Origin: Lama glama
Taxonomy: Eukaryota
DNA length: 64,000 bases
Direction of reading: 5' to 3'
Assembly (NCBI GenBank): GCA_028534125.1
Contig: CM052816.1
Location: 32,800,001-32,864,000, forward strand
The translations under genes were made by a program, and so were the position numbers. Below, one piece after another: positions 1-11,273 of the stretch (the first letter of the stretch is position 1; each line of letters opens with the position of its first letter). The notes below the pieces were generated by a model that ran no database searches, was not told the DNA's origin, and saw nothing but the letters and a program-made list of their open reading frames with translations.

Positions 1-269
1 GAGTTAAGACTGAGGTCACTGTGATTGGCATCGTGAAGCTAAAAGAGAAAGCCAGTTGGTACAGAGAGAAGGACCAGATATGGGAGGAAGGTATAGAAAG
101 CAAGTGAGATAGCTGAGTTGGAAGCTCCTGGTGTTACCTCTGTCCCTGCCTTTTCTGGGACCTACTTCTCCTTTTCCTTGTGTTTAGGGCATTTGTGAAC
201 TTATAAACCCACTTTGTTCCTGAAGTAACTTGAAACTAACAGAAAACTGCATTTAGACACATCTTAGTG

Positions 270-490
270 AGTTTTTTAAATCTCAGATACAGAGAAAGCT
301 TTCTAAAAACATCTGTGGAAATAGGCTGCCTACCACACATACACAAAAAAAGTTGGCATCAGATTTCTTCTCTGCAATATTAAATGCCAAAAAAGGAAAA
401 ACAAAACAGTGGAACAATATACACAGCATTTGGAAGCGAATGGAATATTACCTAAGAATTCTGAAACCTGCCAAACTAGCATTTAATGTA
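270..490 (+). mobile_element. Old L1/HAL1 ORF1 C-terminal remnant
   Basis: Translation SDFFSAILNA...QWNNI...LRILKPAKLAF resembles the L1 ORF1p motif DFS.ETL.ARR.W..I...PRILYPAKLSF. Confidence 0.6.
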
Positions 491-3400
491 CCTGGAATAC
501 TTGTACCATTTGGGATTCTTACTATAATAGTTGTTAACAAGAAGACCTTTAAAAGACAAGACGTTCATTTAAGGTAGCTCACAAGAGCTGTATGAAGGCC
601 AGAAAAATCAGTCCTGGAAACTATACAGCAGAAACAACACTCAAACTATACTGTGAAACTGCTTCAAGTAAAGACCCACTTGCTGCCCCCGAGCCCTTGG
701 AACCCTCTGACGCCACCCTCACCATAAATTGAGGTTATATGCAGCGCTTGCTTCCTCACAGTGTTCACTTCTAGGATTGAAGTCTTGCTTGGGTGGACGT
801 GATTGGCAGAAGCTGTGTCACGTGGAGCTGTGGAGTCCGGGAAAGCTCAGTTGTTTGATTTCTCCGTTGAGGAAGCTGGATTCCTAACACATGAGTTCTC
901 CAAATCTACGAGGGGCATTTCAAAAGCACTAGGCAACCAGAATCCATGGCATGTCTCTACCGTAGTGTTCCCATTGCCCAAGCAATTAAAATGAAAGGAA
1001 AAGTATTAAGGAAACTGTGTGAACAATAAACCTTTAAACTTGAATAAACATGTAAATAATTGTGGTTAATCTGATAGTGAATCTCAGTGTGAATATCCAT
1101 GTGACTCAAAACTGAAAAGATTAAATGCTTAACAGTTTTAGTAATCTTAAATTCCAGGTAATTCCAACCCAAACTGAAAAGAGTTACAAAGGAGAGAAGA
1201 TAGAAAAGCATGGTAAATTCCTATCTTAAGTATAGAGTATCAAAAGATACTATTTTACTTTTAACTTGGAAAAACACAAATTCAATTTTTAAATTTAGTG
1301 GTAACCCCAATGTTAGAAAAATTTCCATCCAAATCATGAGTCAAAAGAGTACAAGAAATCAAAGAACAGGGAAAATGGGGGAGAGGGAGAATTAGCAACA
1401 AAGAAATATAAAATGACACAATAATACCAAATAATAAGTGGGCTAAACACATATAGTAAAATAACCACTCTCAAGTTGGAGTCAAGTAAAAAAATAAAAT
1501 CCTCCAACTATAGGCCATTAATAAAAGACACACTTAAAATGATCCAGAATGGATAAAACTAAAAATATAACCACATTTGCCCAGGCATTGCAGAGGAAGA
1601 AGTAAAGGTAAATTTATGTCAGATAAAGTATAATTCTGGATAAAAGGCATCAAGCATAAAAAAGATGAACATCAGTTATGATTTTCTTTAGATGTCAAAT
1701 AATATAACATCAAGCATATGAAACAAAATTACCAACATAAAGAAATACTGACAAAAACCATAGAACCAGTGAGACTGTCAGTATTTGACAAATGACTTGG
1801 TCTATACAAAACAAAAGGAGAGTTATTATTTAAAATCACAACTTCCTTCCAAAAAGGGTGGATCTTGTTAAGGAAAGGGAAGAGTCTCAAAAGGTCCTTT
1901 TCTTTAGCTGAGGACCTTGATGGGTTCGGGATCAGTAAAGCCAAAACTGGAGTTTGAGTGCGAGGAGGGTTAGAGCAAATATAGGTTTGCTTAAGAGAGG
2001 CAAGAACTTGACATTCTTGGGGTACCCGGGAATGGGGAGTTGAAGAGCATAGGTGGGGGGGACACAACAGGAAAGAGGAGTCAGTAAAAACCCTGGAGAT
2101 GCAGCAGCTAAAATGATTTTAGAAACTGAGACATACACTACTTGAGCCAGAACCTAAGTTCTCTGCAAAACCTCTCTGTTTCAGTAGTAATATATTCACT
2201 TGTTTTTAATTTTCAGAATCTTTTTTTAAATAATTTCACGTATCTTCACCATCACCTTATCAATGATTATTTGATTTTAGTTGTAAGTTAGATGGAAGTG
2301 TTCACCATTGTTCACACTTCGGTTCTTTATGTTAATATAACTTGGCTTGGCTGGAGTATGCCCTTAAATCATCCCCCCCCCAGAAAAGCTAATATACTTT
2401 GTAAGTCCTCGCTTGTTTAAAATTGTTTTCTTTTGTCCTCACACAAAGCATAATTTGAGTCACAACTTTGGTCACAATTCTTTTTCATTAAGACTGTTAA
2501 CTTCTAATGTTTACTGAGGCTAAGAAGTTCAAGTATGAGTCTGAGTTCTCTTCCATGATAGGTAAAAACAGCCGACCTTGATGTTTTTTCGGTTTTGTTT
2601 TTATCTTTGAAATAAAGCAATTTTACTGGCATAAGTCCAGCTGTGTGTCTTTTTTCCACAGCCCTGTCTTTTAATACTGAATCTCAATCTTGAGTCTTCA
2701 GCTCCGTAAATGTTCTCATGTTGTCTCTTTCCAGACTGACCATAATTACCAAAATGGCCCTTTCCTCAGACACCAGGCAGAATTTTGGTGGTGTCTAAGT
2801 GGGAACCACAAGGTCAGTTCTTGGTGTCCAGAGGTTGCACTCTGTTCCTCTAGAAATGGAAAGAACACCTGTCCTCTTTGGCATCAACATTTTCCCAGAA
2901 GAGTACCAAAGCAATACTGCTTGTGTTCAAGTGCCTTAAAGGATTTGTAATGAAACAGTTTCATTAAGAAATTTTACTTACATTCTTACCTCCCATCCCA
3001 AGATATAGATATGAATCCAACAGAGACTGGGTATGGAATGTAAACAAATCATACTCATAAACACCATGTTATGCTCTGAATTTTCTCCAACAGTGAAAGT
3101 TGTGTCATTAGATCAGGTGGGTGTTTCTGACTTTTAGTGATCCTAGGGCAAGTTCTCAGTCTTCAGTAGAAAGTGACTTCTGACACTATAGTAGATCATA
3201 TTTCCAAAGATTACAAAATATACCACTTGCTTTTTTGCAGTATGAGTCTATTTCCCCTCCTCTGAATCTCAGCTGGCTCTATAACTGTTCTGACCAATAA
3301 AATATGGAGGAAGTTAGAAGACCAGGCATTAAAAAGGCCTGCCAACTTCCACTTTGTGAGCTGCAGGAAGCCAGCCACCATGTAAGAGGTCCTGAAACTA

Positions 3401-3867
3401 CCATGCTGTGAGGAAGCTGTTAAAGAAAAAGCCATTCTGACACTTGTTAAAATGGTAAGGAAGACTTTATTTAGCCTTATTACTTAATAGGGATATTGCA
3501 ACAGAGGAAAAAGATCAGTTCAAATCCAAATGCAGCAAAGATAGCCAGAAATTTATAACCAAAGAACAGAATGAGGAGGTCATCGGATAGAAAATTTACT
3601 AAGGGGATTCTCGATGGCCCTTAGACTCATGAGAAACTTGAGCAGGAGTTATTTCATTATTTATATCTGTATCCCTAGCTCCTCACAGAGGATCTGGCAC
3701 ATAGTAGCTTCACAAAATGTCCTTGTTGGATTTGTTAGAGGCCACCAAGTGATCGGTAGCACAGAAATTACCTAGTCCATCATTTCTTCCCCTTATCACT
3801 TTTTCTGTCAAAGCTCACAGGTCATCTTAGATTTCCAGCAGTCCCCCTGCTGCCCTTCCCACACATA

Positions 3868-4224
3868 TAGTCCTCCCATCACCACCCTGTATCGAAAGGG
3901 GATGGAATCCGGGACCCCCACAGATGCCAGAATCTGTGGATGCTCAAGTCCCTTACGTAAAATGGTTTATGTAGTATTTGCACATAACTTACACACCTCC
4001 TCCCATATACTTTACTCATTTCTAGATCACTTATAACACCTAGTACAATGTAAATGCTATGTAAATAGTTATAAATACAATGTAAATGTTATATAAATAG
4101 TTGCCAGCATGCAGCAAATTCAAGTTTTTGTCTTTGGAACTTTTTGGAATTTTTTTCAAATATTTTTTTGTCATTGATTGGTTGAATCAGCAGCTGGAGA
4201 ATCCTTGGATAGAGGGCCAACTAT
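3868..4224 (+). mobile_element. MER2-like (TcMar-Tigger) DNA transposon
   Basis: ggatgctcaagtccctta..aaaatgg..gtagtatttgca.ataac.tacac consensus; terminal end gagggccaactata. Confidence 0.8.
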
Positions 4225-5734
4225 ACATCACATCTCTTCCTTAATTTCTCTTCTGCTGCTGTCAGTTGTGACCCAGCTGTCTTAGCAAATTGTCCCTTGC
4301 CCACCTTGATCTTCTCTTTCCACCTTTGTGGCCTATCTACCAACCTAATGGCCTCAACCAAGGTTGATAGGCTGAATTTAGTGGCACATCTATATAAGGA
4401 AAAGGGAGACAGTTTGTTAAAAATTACATCTGAAAACAAGTGCCATCAACCTCTAAAGCCCTTTCATCAGCTCCACAAGTTACCACATCCAACTTCATTC
4501 TCCTTTAGTTTAACCTGCTTTTCCACAAGCATAAACATTTAAAAAGTTTGTATTCAGTTGTTTTTTTAAATTATATCAATGTGGTAACAAAATTGCTGCT
4601 GTCTCCTCCTTCCCCTTTTCTTTATATTTGCACAATATTTCAACAGTAGTTTAGAGCTAAACAGGCATTACAACAAAGAATGGCACTCAGAAATATCAGC
4701 TCCATCGTTAACTCCCTTACCGTGTATGTACCAGGAAATACAACCAATTTTAATATTGGTTTTTCTGTCTCCAATTATTTACATGGCCCTAAGAAAACAA
4801 CTCCATGGTAAAATAAGCTACTGCATGTATTAAACCTCAGACTACCTTGTTCATTTCCCACTTTTTCCATATGTAAACATAAAATGTTGATTTCTGAAAG
4901 AAGTATTTGAATTTTCATGATGCAACTGAAGAATGAAAGCAAAGTCCTAAACTATGTATTTTAAAGTCTGGATTCATTTCATCCCTAAATATTTGGTTTG
5001 GTTTGGTCATTGCATGCAGCTCTTTTTACAGGAATCTTGTGCACTTGGGAAAGAAGACATTTATATACATCAGCACGAAACTAATATGGTACTAAGACAC
5101 TAGTACAAGGAAGATTGAGAGGCAGGAATTCAGGGGATGGAGAAAAAGTCAAGGGCTTTCAGTCAGACCAGCTGGGTATCTGCTCGGCCATCATTAGCAT
5201 GAATGGGCAAAATTACCCAACCTCATTGAGACTCAAGCTTTTGGGGAGATTTCTGTTTTGTTTATTTTGTTTTTTCATCTGTATAAGAGAATATCTATTT
5301 TATCTTGCCCAGTTTTTTTGCAAAGCGTGGAATAAACAGTCCCTACGAAAACATGAATGAAGGTGTTGAAGAATGGAAGCCTCAAATAGTGCTTTGCAAT
5401 TAACCCAAGGTATGTAAAAATACAGTGAATTTCAGGGTAGAAGTTTTTAAAGGTGTATAGTAAAATTTCTAACTAAAAGCACAGTGGCAGTAATTTTGCT
5501 AGCTCCACCACTATAAAAATTCATTTTTTGCCAAGTTGAAAGCAAGCTGCCCAGGATCGGTTATAGATTAAACATAGGCATTTCCTTGCCTACTCCAACA
5601 GCTTGCTCGGAACTCACAGCTTACCCGCGGTGCAGAGCCCTACTCTGTGGGTGAGAGAAGTCAGCACCATCCAAACTCGGTTCAGTGTGAAACTGGACGA
5701 GAAAGAGCCTTAGAAGAGTAATCCAACTTTAGAA

Positions 5735-6260
5735 ATAGCGCATGCGCCCCGAAGGCTGGTTTGAGGAAGGGAAGGGAAGGGAAGGGTAGCGTTCGTGGAT
5801 CCTCTCGCGAGAGGAGGAGGTTCCAACGCCACGTCACAAACTAGAAAGCCCTGCAGCGAGCGACAGGTGCCGGAACAAACGAACTGTGAAAAGCTGCGGG
5901 AGCGTAGGCGTTTCGGGGGGCAGGACTTCCGCCGGAAACGGTGTGGTCTGGCCACTCTCAGGAGCCGAGTTCCGGCCGGTTTTTTACCTGCAGGTCGGGC
6001 GTTGATGCTGTCTGCACGCGTGGGAAGATGGCTTGCGCCGCCGCTCGGTCCCCGGCCGACCAGGACAGGTGGGTCTAGGGAGAGCAAGGGGCTAGCTGCG
6101 AGCCCACAGGTGCTGCGCCGCCTTCCCCAGCCCTGAGGAAAGCTCCCCGGAGGAGCTCGGCACCAGCCGCGCGCAGGCTCCGGGCCTCTCCTCGGGCTGC
6201 CATTCCTCCCTGAGGCCGGCTGCTCCAGGCTTTTCGCCGGGTCCCTAAATCCGACTTTAC
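5735..6260 (+). promoter_or_regulatory. SRP19 CpG-island promoter
   Basis: CpG-dense. NRF1 GCGCATGCGC 5738..5747; TCTCGCGAGA (BANP/ZBTB33-type) 5803..5812; CCACGTCA (reverse complement TGACGTGG, UPRE/CREB3-type) 5829..5836; inverted ETS pair ACTTCCG-CCGGAA 5925..5937; YY1-like AAGATGGC over the start codon. Confidence 0.85.
6028..6068 (+). CDS. SRP19: SRP19 coding exon 1
   Basis: aagATGG start, encodes MACAAARSPADQD(R), donor AG|GTGGGT. Confidence 0.97.
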
Positions 6261-9200
6261 GTAGCTCATTGTTTACCTGTACGTGAGACGGAGGACTTTG
6301 TGTGCTGTGTGGACAGGACGTTAAGTAATCACAAAATGAAAATCTGTACCTTTAGTTGTTGGTACGTTCAGAAAAGCTTGTTTACCTCTGACTCCATACT
6401 TTCTATATGAGAGTGGGCCCCGCCCTCAGAACTTGACAGGCAGTTGTACCTAACTGAACAGTTACCCCATTGTTTTGCTTCTTTCTTTTTTAAAAGTTGT
6501 GTAGCACGTGGTTTTTTTTTCTATCTAAGGTAATAGGTTAAAGTTTGTTTTTAAATAAAGGGGAGGCAATTTAAAGGAAAAAAATTAAGCAAGTAATAGT
6601 ATAGGTGTACCGGCAGTCCTGGTGATGATGATGAAAGAATGAATGAATTTTTGGAAATACTGCTCTAGTAATACTAGCTGGGCTTCTTCCGTGGCAGGTT
6701 CATTTGTATCTATCCTGCTTATTTAAATAACAAGAAGACCATCGCGGAGGGGAGGCGAATCCCCATAAGTAAGGTAAGTGGGCTGGAACCTCTGTCCTTG
6801 AGTGGTTGGGAATCTTGTACACAAAAGTTTCTTTTACTGCTTTGTTTGGAGACTGGGGAGAACAGCAACCAAGAACTGAGGTGCTCTCGTTAATAAAGGT
6901 GAAATCAGAAGGGCACTAATTCATAACTGAAAAAAGTATTAAATGGTTCTTCATATGCCTGTGTTTGAAAGAAGTTGGGGTGGGCGGTGTTGTACGGTTT
7001 GCACGGTGTCTTGTTTTTAAACCGAGGTTAAGACAATCTTCTCCTTAATAAAGGAAACCAAAATTAGGGCATTGTGCGATATGATGTCCAGAATGCATTT
7101 GAGTTTTTAAACAAGACTTGCAGAACATTCAGATGTATTACGGTTTATAGTTTTATGTCCATTGTCATCATCATCATCATCTTCATATTCTTCCTTATTT
7201 TGAGAGGGGTAAAGTTACTTTAAAATTAATACTTTTTTAAAAGTAGGTGTTTATAGTTTTAAAAGAGATGGTTTGTCCCTTGTGCTGTTTGAATAGAAAA
7301 AACCCAAATTATTAGTTGGCCTGGTAACTTGACTTTGGAAAGTGCCTAGTGCCAAGTGAAGGGTCTTTGTAGCTTTTTATTTTCATTTCAAAATTAATGT
7401 CATATTCTGTTTTTTAAAGAATCATTTACATTTTGTAACTTAATGACAGATTTAAGGAACTCACCCTGAAGCAATACATTATTCTTTTGTTATTTAATAT
7501 CTCCTATTTTGCTGCTTAAGTTCTAAAGGAAAGTCTACTTTGCTGCTGCAGGGTGAAAGAGAAGATGCCAAAGCATTGATTCAGACTAATAACTAACATC
7601 AACCCACATAGACAGAGGCCTCTGGTGGCAAGCTCTCAGTTAATTTGGAGAATGATTGAATTTTTTTAACTTTATTGGTTTATAGCATACATACAGAAAC
7701 ATACATAAATCTTGTGTTTATCTTGATTAATTTTTACTGAGTGAGTACACATGGGTAACCCGCACCCAAATTAAAAAAAGAAAACATTACCAGCACCCAG
7801 AAAGATTCCTTTATGTCCCCTCCCAGTCACTGTTCCCGTCACATGTACTCGCTACAAAACATAGCCACTGTCCTGACTTCCAGCACCATAGATTACTGTT
7901 GCTTGTCTTTGAATTTTATTTAAATGGAATTATACACTGTGTACTTCTATGTCTGTCTTTTTCAATGGACTTTAAACTTAGAAGATTTATGTGCCCTTTT
8001 GAGTATAGCTTGTTAAATCTCATTGCTCTGTAGTAGGGTTTCCTTACAGCAGCACCATTGACATTTTGAGCCATATAATTCGTGGTTGTGGGGGCTGTTC
8101 TGTGCATTTCAGGTTGTTTAGCAGCATCCTTGGCCTCTACTCACTAGAAGCCAGTGCCCTACCCTACCCGAGTTATGACAATCAAAAATGTCCCTAAGCA
8201 TTGCTAAACGTTAGAGCACAAAATTACCTTGCTGAAACCAGTGCTCTGTAGTATTGCATTGTGTGAATATACCACAGTCCGTTCTACTATTGATGGATAA
8301 TTGTGTTATTTCTAGTTTGGGGCTATTAGAAGTAGTGCTGCTGTGAACATTCTTGAGATTGTCTTTCAGTGAACATATTTTTATACCTGTTTTTGTCTAT
8401 AGACCCACTATTGGAATTGCTTGGCCATAAGGAATGCATATATTTAATTTTAGTACACACTGCCAAACAATTTTCTGAAGTAGTTGTATCTGTAATAGTT
8501 GTTTAACCAGTATTCTTTGAGCACCTGCTATGGCCCAAGCATCATGCCAGGTGCTGGGGAATATGCTGGTGAACCAGAGAGTCCTTACCCTTGTGAGATT
8601 TATGTTCTTTTGGAATAGAGATGGACACACGAGTATGAACCAGTATGATTCCCAGGAATTTTTAAAAATTACAGTTGAAACAACTGTACCTAGTGAAAAA
8701 GGAAACCTTGGGTTTTGGTATGTGTTTTGGTCATAGTGTTTGAAATGATTTACACAGCAATGTAACAATATTCACTTAAAGCTGAGCTGTTTAGTGTTTT
8801 TGTTTTTAACTTCTAAGGCTGTTGAAAATCCTACAGCTACAGAGATTCAAGATGTATGCTCAGCAGTTGGACTTAATGTATTTCTTGAGGTATGATGTGG
8901 CTCTTCCTTCACTATTTTCCATATTCATCGCATTGATATAATAACTTTCTTAAAGCCTATTTTTTTATTTTTTTATGTTAGAAAAATAAAATGTACTCTA
9001 GAGAATGGAATCGTGATCTTCAGTACAGGGGCAGAGTCCGGGTCCAGCTCAAACAGGAAGATGGAAGCCTCTGTCTTGTACAGTTCCCATCACGTAAGCT
9101 TGTTTTAATGAATGAATAAAGTTTGGGATAGGTTACTTCTCTACCCTGTAACTAAAACCGACCTTTTGATAGGTAAAAAACAAAATCTGCATTCTGTAGA

Positions 9201-10882
9201 TGAGTTTAGAGAAAGGACTACTGCTGATGGAGAGAGGTAAACAGTGCTTTAAATTTCTATTAAGTTAAGGATCTTTGAGAATGTGATGAAACCTACTACT
9301 TGTTTCTCCAAAAGAATTGTTTTGTGAACATTTTGTAAACCTCTGGAAGTCCGTCATTACTGTCAGGTTAGGAGTGTGAAATTATTAAATGGTCAGATAT
9401 TATTGCTATTTCAGATCCTAGAGACCCTTGAGATCTATTATTAATCTCTATCATTAAAAAATCTAAAAAGCCATACTGAGTGAAAAAAGTGAGGGACATG
9501 CATAGTATGGTATCACTTAGGTATAAATTTAAATACAAAGTATTACTATTTACTGATAGATGTATATACATTATTGTTTATTGATATTATATGTATAAAT
9601 GTTTTTGGAATGGACTGTAAGAAAACACCAAGTCTTAAGGTAGCAGTTAACCTAATGGAGAGCAGAGGGTGGGGAGTGGGCCCAGGGGTGTGATGATTAG
9701 AGACGACTGTGGCAATATCTCTGGTGTTTTATTTCTTAAAAAGCAACCAAACAAAACTGGACATCAGTATTCCAAAATACTCTGGGTATTGGGAAGATGA
9801 ATATTTATTTACATGTCACTATTTTCTAAATTTTTTTATTTCTAAGAGATATGTTGTAATTTTTTAATTTGAGCTATTAATTTTGTTTCTTGATACAGTA
9901 ACTGCAAACTGACAACTTAATTGTTTTTAGTTGAATAGAAATAATTGGTTATTACATACCAAAATCTGTTACGGTTGGTAAGTATTTCTAGAAACTTAAG
10001 GGTCTGCCTCAGGAGAGACGGGTAGTTTATTTCCAGTGTGGTTTTTCTGCTCTGGCATCTTTCTATACTATCTCTTTAAAGTCAAAAGATGCCTCCCCTA
10101 CCCAACCCCCCCAAAAATTTTTGCTTTGACCAGTCAATAAAATAAAAGTAAAAATTACAGTTGAAAAGATGTTGTTTCCTGTTTCCAGTAAGACAATAAT
10201 AGTAAGAAAGTAAAAAGAGAAAGGCTGACAGGCTGTGTATGTTGAAAGCAGCTCCTGGAACTGGCGGACGTGGTTGGTACACAGAGCAGGGTACATGTGT
10301 GCATAAATCATCTGGGCATATGAGTAACGTCTTTTGTAGCTTAATGCCATTGGATTTGGGTTATAAGACTTTGGTTATAAGAAGCCCTGCGTTTCCAAGC
10401 CTAGGATAAAGATATATCCTGACTCTGTTTCCAGCTTGTTACGTTAGATAATTCTCCTTTGGTCTTCAAATCAGTTACTAGGACCAAGAGCAAAATATCT
10501 TCAAATAAAGTGTTCTAAATTCTGATTTTGTTTATTTAAGTATTTCAGCGTTGTTCTTAATACATTTTCTCCAGCAAAGGCCCTCACTTGAGCACATCAC
10601 TGTCTTCATAGTCATTTAATTTTTTCTTTTAAATTCTTTGCATGTTCTTGATGTGGTGATGATTTCTTGAACTTTATGGTGTTCAAGTTAATGATCTTTC
10701 ATGTCTTATTTCTCAGATTATACACTAAGCCTAACTTCTGGTTCCTAGGTAAGTCAGTAATGTTGTATGTTGCGGAAATGATACCTAAACTAAAAACAAG
10801 GACGCAGAAAACAGGTGGTGGTGACCAAAGTCTTCAGCAAGGAGAGGGAAGTAAAAAAGGGAAAGGAAAGAAGAAGAAGTGA
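6028..10882 (+). CDS. SRP19: Signal recognition particle 19 kDa protein, complete spliced CDS: join(6028..6068,6698..6773,8818..8889,8982..9093,10749..10882)
   Basis: 41+76+72+112+134 = 435 nt = 144 aa + stop. Translation MACAAARSPADQDRFICIYPAYLNNKKTIAEGRRIPISKAVENPTATEIQDVCSAVGLNVFLEKNKMYSREWNRDLQYRGRVRVQLKQEDGSLCLVQFPSRKSVMLYVAEMIPKLKTRTQKTGGGDQSLQQGEGSKKGKGKKKK is recognisably mammalian SRP19. All introns are GT-AG. Confidence 0.98.
6698..6773 (+). CDS. SRP19: SRP19 coding exon 2
   Basis: acceptor cttcttccgtggcag|, encodes (R)FICIYPAYLNNKKTIAEGRRIPISK, donor AAG|GTAAGT. Confidence 0.97.
7660..8490 (-). mobile_element. Old L1M 3' fragment in SRP19 intron 2, interrupted by MER20
   Basis: Typical antisense L1 3' text (aaatggaattatacac; ttggggctatt...gctgctgtgaacattctt; ggaattgct). 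Confidence 0.7.
8034..8243 (+). mobile_element. MER20 (hAT-Charlie) with 8-bp target-site duplication
   Basis: MER20 consensus (cattgacattttg...ggggctgttctgtgcat...tttagcagcatccttggcctctac); CTCTGTAG repeated at 8026..8033 and 8244..8251. Confidence 0.85.
8818..8889 (+). CDS. SRP19: SRP19 coding exon 3
   Basis: acceptor tttaacttctaag|, encodes AVENPTATEIQDVCSAVGLNVFLE, donor GAG|GTATGA; 72 nt, phase 0-0. Confidence 0.97.
8982..9093 (+). CDS. SRP19: SRP19 coding exon 4
   Basis: acceptor tttttatgttag|, encodes KNKMYSREWNRDLQYRGRVRVQLKQEDGSLCLVQFPS(R), donor CAC|GTAAGC. Confidence 0.97.
10749..10882 (+). CDS. SRP19: SRP19 coding exon 5 (terminal)
   Basis: acceptor ctaacttctggttcctag|, encodes (R)KSVMLYVAEMIPKLKTRTQKTGGGDQSLQQGEGSKKGKGKKKK*, matching the end of ORF 10667..10882. 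Confidence 0.97.
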
Positions 10883-11032
10883 CCTGGTGTGAGAATCAAG
10901 GATGTGGTACTACTGTAAGAGACATGAGTGGAGGCTTCTAATTTGAGAGAAAACAGAAGCATCTTGTTTGCATCATTTAACTGAACTGTGAACATTTGTG
11001 CCTCCCAGCTTCAGCATCAGAGTTGACAATGA

Positions 11033-11038
11033 AATAAA
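11033..11038 (+). terminator. SRP19 proximal polyadenylation signal
   Basis: AATAAA about 150 nt after the stop codon. Confidence 0.6.
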
Positions 11039-11267
11039 TTCACATCAGAAGTTTGCATCTAGCTCTTATGCAGTATAAAAGAAAAAAATTTTTTTTGGCT
11101 TTTAAACACAGTTTTTGCGGAAGAAAAATATTTTTAAGTGGGCAGTCCACCAACTCTACCATAAGTTACTTGAAATCCTGTATCTGTTTGTCCTTTATGT
11201 GAACATGTTTCAGATAAATGAGTTTGATATTTGAATTACACATTTTCTTCATCTTTTAAGTTAATGA

Positions 11268-11273
11268 AATAAA
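11268..11273 (+). terminator. SRP19 distal polyadenylation signal
   Basis: AATAAA followed by U-rich ctttttagcttttctt; a further AATAAA lies at 11332..11337. Confidence 0.65.

Noticed and set aside
1..5700. Possible APC 3' exons upstream of SRP19
   Set aside because: Only repeat remnants seen; no APC-like coding sequence in the ORF track
5710..6269. ORFs of 113-125 aa across the SRP19 promoter
   Set aside because: CpG-island artefacts with no recognisable domain. Only the 6005 ATG portion is kept, as a possible uORF.
9200..9236. Possible 37-nt cryptic exon in SRP19 intron 4 (ctgtag|...gag|gtaaac)
   Set aside because: Short pyrimidine tract and only a moderate donor; not distinguishable from chance
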